The position numbers and the translations under genes are program-made. A stretch of 64,000 nt of DNA from Eledone cirrhosa (taxonomy: Eukaryota): positions 57,412,001 through 57,476,000 of the forward strand of contig OZ024744.1 of assembly GCA_964016885.1 (NCBI GenBank), given 5' to 3'. Positions 56,589 to 64,000 of the stretch are shown here, in pieces. The notes beneath the pieces were generated by a model. It worked only from the letters and a program-made list of their open reading frames with translations, was not told where the DNA came from and searched no databases. Position 1 is the first letter of the stretch; the number at the start of each line of letters is the position of its first letter.

Positions 56589-57458
56589 TATATATATATA
56601 AACCTGAGGATATCTGTCTGTGTGTGAGTTTGAATCCCTAAAACTCGAGAAACACCCAACCGACTGTTTTCAAACTTTACACATATAATACTTACGTTTC
56701 AGGGAGTGTTCTGAGCAAAATTTCAATGCTCTAGGGACCGCATTAGGCGATTTAGCGATCTCAATCTATAATTCTTAGTCTTTCTCTTTTTAGATAGATA
56801 CATACATATAACGTTGCGCTCTTATAATATATGTCTGTATGTCTGACTGTCTTCATTACGTCACTTCCCTGAGGTCGTCTGTGAGTTTGAAACCCTAAAA
56901 CTCGAGAAGTACCCAACCGACTTTTTTCAAACTTTACATGTGTATTATTTATGTTTCAGGGAGTGTTATGCACATAAAATTTTGATTAGGTGAAAAACTG
57001 CGTTTTTTCAGGTTTTTAGGGTTTTTTTGAGGCGTTTCGTCAGTCAGACCAATTTCCTTGAAATTGTAACTATGTATTAGTCAGTCTCTTCTTCATACCG
57101 TGAGCAAAGAAAATCCAACTTTTTTATGGCCTAGGGCCCGCATTAGGTGAAAAACTTCATTTTTTTTAGCTTTTTAGGGCTTTTTTGGGTGTTACGTCTA
57201 GCCGATTTTCCCGAAATTTCAAGGCATATTATGCACACAAAAAAATTCATTTTCTTGAACCCCTAGGGCCCGCATTAGGTGAAAACCTGCATTTTTCCTG
57301 CTTCGACGAGTAAAATATTAAAGATTATCCAGCCATCAGAGTATTCGGTTTATTTTCTTTACATATTGTCCGGGCATGCAGTTTTTCCACGATTAGGTCT
57401 GTTGGCGGCCCACGTTCCAAAATACCTTATCCTGTGCAACGCCGGGTACCACTGCTAA
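56589..57458 (+). mobile_element. Non-autonomous Helitron inserted in the satellite
   Basis: Same termini as 32121-32664 (AA(A/C)CTGAGGAT.TCTGTCTG...GTGCAACGCCGGGTACCACTGCTAA); splits a monomer at ATAA^TATATAC with no TSD. Confidence 0.85.
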
Positions 57459-57708
57459 TATATACTATAGTTGGGTATATTCGTATTTCATGTGATATAT
57501 ATATACACACAATATATACTATAGTTGGGTATATTGGTATTTCATGTGATATATATAATATATACTATAGTTGGGTATATTGGTATTTCCTGTGATATAT
57601 ATAATATACACTCTAGTTGGGTATATTAGTATTTCATGTGATATATATATAATATATAATATAGTTGGGTATATTGGTATTTCATGTGATATATATATAT
57701 AATATATA

Positions 57709-58601
57709 CAGGGTGCGGACGATATTTGTTCGCAAGATTACTGTCTAGGAAAAGAATAACACAGTAGTTTTATTTTTAAAGATATATTTATCAAACTTGG
57801 GTCAGTTTGTCTTCATGACTTGTTCTTTCGATCTCACTCGATAAACCCGCCATTGGCTTTGATGACGGCCTCAAGGAGGCCTCGGAACAGGCTATAGGCC
57901 TTCGTCACTGTCCCCCGACTTAGGCCCCTAAAGGCACTTGTGATCCTGGCCTTCAGATCGTATTTCGTATTGCAGCTAGATCTGTTGGTGTCTCGTTCCA
58001 CTGCACCCCACACAAAGAAGTCGAGGGGGTTGCAGTCAGGCGAGCTGGGAGGCCAGATGTCAGGTGAAGTGTGGTCGACGAAGTTCTCTGACAGCCAGGC
58101 TTGGGTCTTTCGGCTGGTGGCAGGGCGCTGAGTCTTGCTGCCACACCTACGGCCTACCTGCAGTTACCTGGTCGATCCAGGGCTTTACTACCTCGCTCAG
58201 AACGCGGATGTAGCCATTGGTGTTCAGCTTGAGGCCCTCAGGGAAGAAGTGAGGTGGCATGACGTCACCTTGACTGCTGACGACACCTAAGACCAATGTT
58301 GTCGCTGGAAACTTTGTCTGCATGACTCAGGGCACGTCTTTGGATGTGACAGCGAGCCACATGTTGTTCTGGGAGTTTGATCTTCTGGTCCTTATTTGTC
58401 CTCCCGGCGCGGATTCCAAGAAGAACTCCGTGTCTCTTCCACAAATTTGGAGGTTCAAAATTATTCATAATCAATTATTCTGAAAATAAATAATGGAAAT
58501 ATAGTCACTGTTTTTATGAAGACAAGAGTGACAACGGGAGTTTAAAAAATGTGCATATAATTAGCAGTTGAAAATTGCGAAAAAATATCGTCCTCACCCT
58601 G
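57709..58601 (-). mobile_element. Internally deleted Tc1/mariner (maT/DD37D-like) transposon
   Basis: Imperfect ~27-bp TIRs CAGGGTGCGGACGATATTTGTTCGCAA / TTGCGAAAAAATATCGTCCTCACCCTG, TA target duplication; minus strand encodes WQQDSAP...WPPSSPDCNPLDFFVWG...EAVIKANGGFIE. Confidence 0.92.
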
Positions 58602-58747
58602 TACTACAGTTGGGTATATTGATATTTCATGTGATATATATACAATTTATACGATAGTTGGGTATATTGGTATTTCATGTGATATATATATATAATATAT
58701 ACTATAGTTGGGTGTATTGATATTACATGTGATATATATATATATAC

Positions 58748-59010
58748 TAGTGAAGGCGCATGGCTTAGTGGTTAGAGCTTGCAATCGAAAGGTTGTGAGT
58801 TCAATTCTCAGACCGGGTGATGTGTTGTTTCCTTGAGCAAGACACTTTATTTCACATTGCTCCAGTTTACTCAGCTGTAGAAATGAGTACTGGCCTGCCC
58901 GCCCAGCCAGTGGGATGGCGTTATCTTATGGCTAAAACAGCACTACGTGCTGTGACCAGCGGCGCTAATTGGCGCCCGACAGACTGGTCGGTCAAGGTGA
59001 TCAAGGTGAT
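58748..59010 (+). mobile_element. CORE-type tRNA SINE inserted in the satellite
   Basis: GGCGCATGGCTTAGTGGTTAGAGC...GTGAGTTCAATTC...CCTTGAGCAAGACACTT; 3' part differs from the 15917 copy. Confidence 0.85.
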
Positions 59011-61001
59011 ATATATATACTATAGTTGGGTATATTGGTATTTCATGTGATATACTATTGTTGAGTATATTGGTATTTCATGTGATATATATATAATATA
59101 TACTATAGTTGGGTATATTGGTATTTCATGTGATATATATATACTATAGTTGGGTATATTGATATTTCATGTGATATATATATATACTATAGTTGGGTAT
59201 ATTGATATTTCATGTGATATATATATATATACTATAGTTGGGTATATTAGTATTTCATGTGATATATATAATATATACTATAGTTGGGTATATTGGTATT
59301 TCATGTGATATAAATAATATATACTATAGTTGGGTATATTGGTATTTCATGTGATATATATATACTATAGTTGGGTATATTGGTATTTCATGTGATATAT
59401 ATATAATATATACTATAGTTGGGTATATTAGTATTTCATGTGATATATATATATACAATATATACTATGGTTGGGTATATTGATATTTCATGTGATATAT
59501 ATATAATATATACTATAGTTGGGTATATTGGTATTTCATGAGATAAATATATATATATACTATAGTTGAGTACATTAGTATTTCATGTGATATATATATA
59601 CTATAGTTGGGTATATTGATATTTCATGTGATATATATATAATATATACTATAGTTGAGTATATTGGTATTTCATGTGATATATATAATATATACTAGAG
59701 TTGGGTATATTGATATTTCATGTGATATATATATACTATAATTGGGTATATTAGTATTTCATGTGATATATGTGATATTTACTATAGTTGGGTATATTGA
59801 TATTTCATGTGATATGTATATAATATAGTTGGGTATATTGATATTTCATGTGATATATATATATACTATAGTTGGGTATATTGATATTTCATGTGATATA
59901 TATATATATACTATAGTTGGGTATGTTGATATTTCATGTGATATATATATATATATACTATAGTTGGGTATATTAGTATTTCATGTGATATATATAATAT
60001 ATACTATAGTTGGGTATATTGGTATTTCATGTGATATATATATAATATATACTATAGTTGGGTATATTGGTAATTCATGTGATATATATATACTATAGTT
60101 GGGTATATTGGTATTTCATGTGATATATATATAACATATACTATAGTTGAGTATATTGGTATTTCATGTGATATATATATAATATATACTATAGTGGGTA
60201 TATTAGTATTTCATGTGATATATATATATACAATATATACTATGGTTGGGTATATTGATATTTCATGTGATATATATATAATATATACTATAGTTGGGTA
60301 TATTGGTATTTCATGAGATATATATATATATATACTATAGTTGAGTACATTGGTATTTCATGTGATATATATATACTATAGTTGGGTATATTGATATTTC
60401 ATGTGATATATATATAATATATACTATAGTTGAGTATATTGGTATTTCATGTGATATATATATAATATATACTATAGTGGGTATATTGGTATTTCCTGTG
60501 ATATATATAATATATACTATAGTTGGGTATATTGATATTTCATGTGATATATATAATATACATTATAGTTGGGTGTATTAGTATTTCATGTGATATATAT
60601 ATAATATATACTTTAGTTGGGTATATTGATATTTCATGTGATATATATAATATATACTATAGTTGGGTTTATTGGTACTTCATGTGATATATACATATAT
60701 GCTATAGTTGGATATATTGGTATTTCCTTTGATATATATAATATATACTATAGTTGGGTATATTGGTATTTCATGTGATATATATACAATATATACTATA
60801 GTCGGGTATATTGGAATTTCATGTGATATATATATATACTATAGTTGGGTATGTTGATATTTCATGTGATATATATATATATACTATAATTGGGTATATT
60901 GATATTTAATGTGATATATATACAATATATAATATAGTTGGGTATATTGGTATTTCATGTTGTATATATATATACTATAGTTGGGTATATTGATATTTCA
61001 T

Positions 61002-61054
<53 letters not shown>

Positions 61055-62570
61055 TATAGTTGGGTATATTGATATTTCATGTGATATATATATAATATAT
61101 ACTGTAGTTGGGTATATTGGTATTTCATGTTATATATATACTATATTTGAGTATATTGGTATTTCATGTGATATATATATAATATATACTATAGTTGGGT
61201 ATATTGATATTTCATGTGATATATATATAATATATACTATAGTTGGGTATTTTGGTATTTCCTGTGATATATATAATATATACTATAGTTGGGTATATTG
61301 GTATTTCATGTGATATATACATATATAATATAGTTCGGTATATTGGTATTTCATGTGATATATATATATATATACAATATATACTATGGCTGGGTATATT
61401 GATATTTCATGTGATATATATATAATATATACTATAGTTGAGTATATTGGTATTTCATGTGATATATATAATATATACTAGAGTTGGGTATATTGATATT
61501 TCATGTGATATATATATATATACTATAATTGGGTATATTAGTATTTCATGTGATATATGTGATATATACTATAGTTGGGTATATTGATATTTCATGTGAT
61601 ATGTATATAATATAGTTGGGTATATTGATATTTCATGTGATATATATATATACTATAGTTGGGTATATTGATATTTCATGTGATATATATATATACTATA
61701 GTTGGGTATGTTGATATTTCATGTGATATATATATATATATACTATAGTTGGGCATATTAGTATTTCATGTGATATATATAATATATACTATAGTTGGGT
61801 ATATTGGTATTTCATGTGATATATATATAATATATACTATAGTTGGGTATATTGGTAATTCATGTGATATATATATACTATAGTTGGGTATATTGGTATT
61901 TCATGTGATATATATATAATATATACTATAGTTGGGTATATTGGTATTTCCTGTGATATATATAATATATACTATAGTTGGGTATATTAGTATTTCATGT
62001 GATATATATATACAATATATACTATGGTTGGGTATATTGATATTTCATGTGATATATATATAATATATACTATAGTTGGGTATATTAGTATTTCATGTGA
62101 TATATATATATACAGCATATACTATGGTTGGGTATATTGATATTTCATGTGATATATATATAAGATATACTATAGTTGGGTATATTGGTATTTCAAGTGA
62201 TATATATATATATACTATAGTTGAGTATATTGGTATTTCATGTGATATATATATGATATATATTATAGTTGGGTATATTGGTGTTTCATGTGATATATAT
62301 ATATATATACTATAGTTGGGGATATGGCATTTCATGTGATATATATATATATATACTATAGTTGGGTATATTGGTATTCCATGTGATATATATCTAATAT
62401 ATACTATTGTTGCATATATTGATATTTCATGTGATATATATATAATATATACTATGGTTGGGTATATTGGTATTTCATGTGATATATATCTATATATATA
62501 CTATAGTTGGGTATATTGATATTTCATGTGATATATATATATACTATAGATGGGTATATTGATATTTCAT

Positions 62571-62623
<53 letters not shown>

Positions 62624-63547
62624 TATAATTGGGTATATTGATATTTCATGTGATATATATATATAATATTTGCTATAGTTGGGTATATTGGTATTTCATG
62701 TGATTATATATATAATATATACTATAGTTGGGTATATTGATATTTCATGTGATATTTATATATATACTATAGTTGGGTATATTGGTATTTCATGTGATAT
62801 ATATATAATATATACTATAGTTTGGTATATTGATATTTCATGTGATATATATATAATATTTACTATAGTTGGGTATATTGGTATTTCATGTGATATATAT
62901 ATATATATACTATAGTTGAGTACATTGGTATTTCATGTGATATATATATACTATAGTTGGGTATATTGATATTTCATGTGATATATATATATAATATACT
63001 ATAGTTGAGTATATTGGTATTTCATGTGATATATATATAATAGATACTATAGTTGTGTATATTGGTATTTCCTGTGATATATATAATATATACTATAGTT
63101 GGGTATATTGATATTTCATGTGATATATATAATATACATTATAGTTGGGTATATTGGTATTTCATGTGATATATACATATATAATACAGTTGGGTATATT
63201 GGTATTTCATATGATATATATATATACACAATATATACTATGGTTGGCTATATTGATATTTTATGTGATATATAATATATACTATAGTTGGGTATATTGG
63301 TTTTTCTTGTGATATATATATACAAATATATACTATGGTTGGGTATATTGATATTTCATGAGATATATATATAATATATACTATAGTTGGGTGTATTGAT
63401 ATTTCATGTGATATATATATATACTATAGTTGGGTATATTGGTATTTCATGTGATATATATATAATATATACTATAGTTGGGTATATTGGTATTTCATGT
63501 GATATATATATATATATATACTATAGTTGGGTATATTGGTATTTCAT

Positions 63548-63594
<47 letters not shown>

Positions 63595-64000
63595 TATAGT
63601 TGAGTATATTGGTATTTCATGTGATATATATAATATATACTAAAATTGGGTATATTGATATTTCATGTGATATATACATATATACTATAGTTGGGTATAT
63701 TGGTATTTCATGTGATATATATATATACTATTGTTGGGTATAATGGTATTTCCTGTGATATATATAATATATACTATAGTTGGGTATATTGATATTTCAT
63801 GTGATATATATAATATATACTATAGTTGGGTATATTGGTATTTCATGTGATATATACATATATACTATAGTTTGGTATATTGGTATTTCCTTTGATATAT
63901 ATAATATATACTATAGTAGGGTATATTGATATTTCATGTGATATATATAATATATACTATAGTTGGGTATATTGGTATTTCATGTGATATATATAATATA

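Larger units (their letters stand above)
45602..64000. repeat. 46-48-bp AT-rich satellite (TATACTATAGTTGGGTATATTAGTATTTCATGTGA(TA)nATA), continues past window end
   Basis: Over 18 kb tandem array with an internal variable (TA)n; three insertions. Confidence 0.97.

Noticed and set aside
41408-62915. MMVT and IYTIVGYISISCD repeat ORFs
   Set aside because: Satellite translations broken by frequent monomer-length frameshifts.
45602-64000. CRISPR-like appearance of a conserved ~35-bp repeat with variable spacer
   Set aside because: The variable part is only (TA)n length variation, not unique spacers; no cas genes; eukaryotic context.

Overview
Repeat-dominated animal genomic DNA with no confident host gene. 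The repeat families (CORE- and Meta-type SINEs, RTE tails ending in (GAT)n, massive (TA)n/(CA)n) suggest an octopus/cephalopod genome; this is inference only. 1-4906 holds a near-intact L1-Tx1-type LINE on the minus strand (ORF1 with CCHC knuckle; ORF2 with APE and RT, running off the window). 5-38 kb is a patchwork of short elements inserted into (TA)n tracts. The main signal there is about 22 well-formed plus 4 degenerate minimal type I hammerhead ribozyme (HHR) motifs from roughly a dozen sequence families, next to Penelope-like GIY-YIG remnants. Many sit as head-to-head palindromic pairs, two families carry a compensatory U3-A8 core (TTGAAAA instead of CTGANGA), and one ~430-nt unit shows a tail-to-head junction like a retrozyme. 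38.9-45.0 kb is a 14/15-bp satellite. 45.6-64 kb is a 46-48-bp satellite with a ~4.39-kb higher-order duplication, interrupted by a Helitron, a Tc1/mariner element and a SINE. Most ORFs in the track are microsatellite or satellite artefacts. All ribozyme calls were folded by eye and coordinates are approximate to a few bases.
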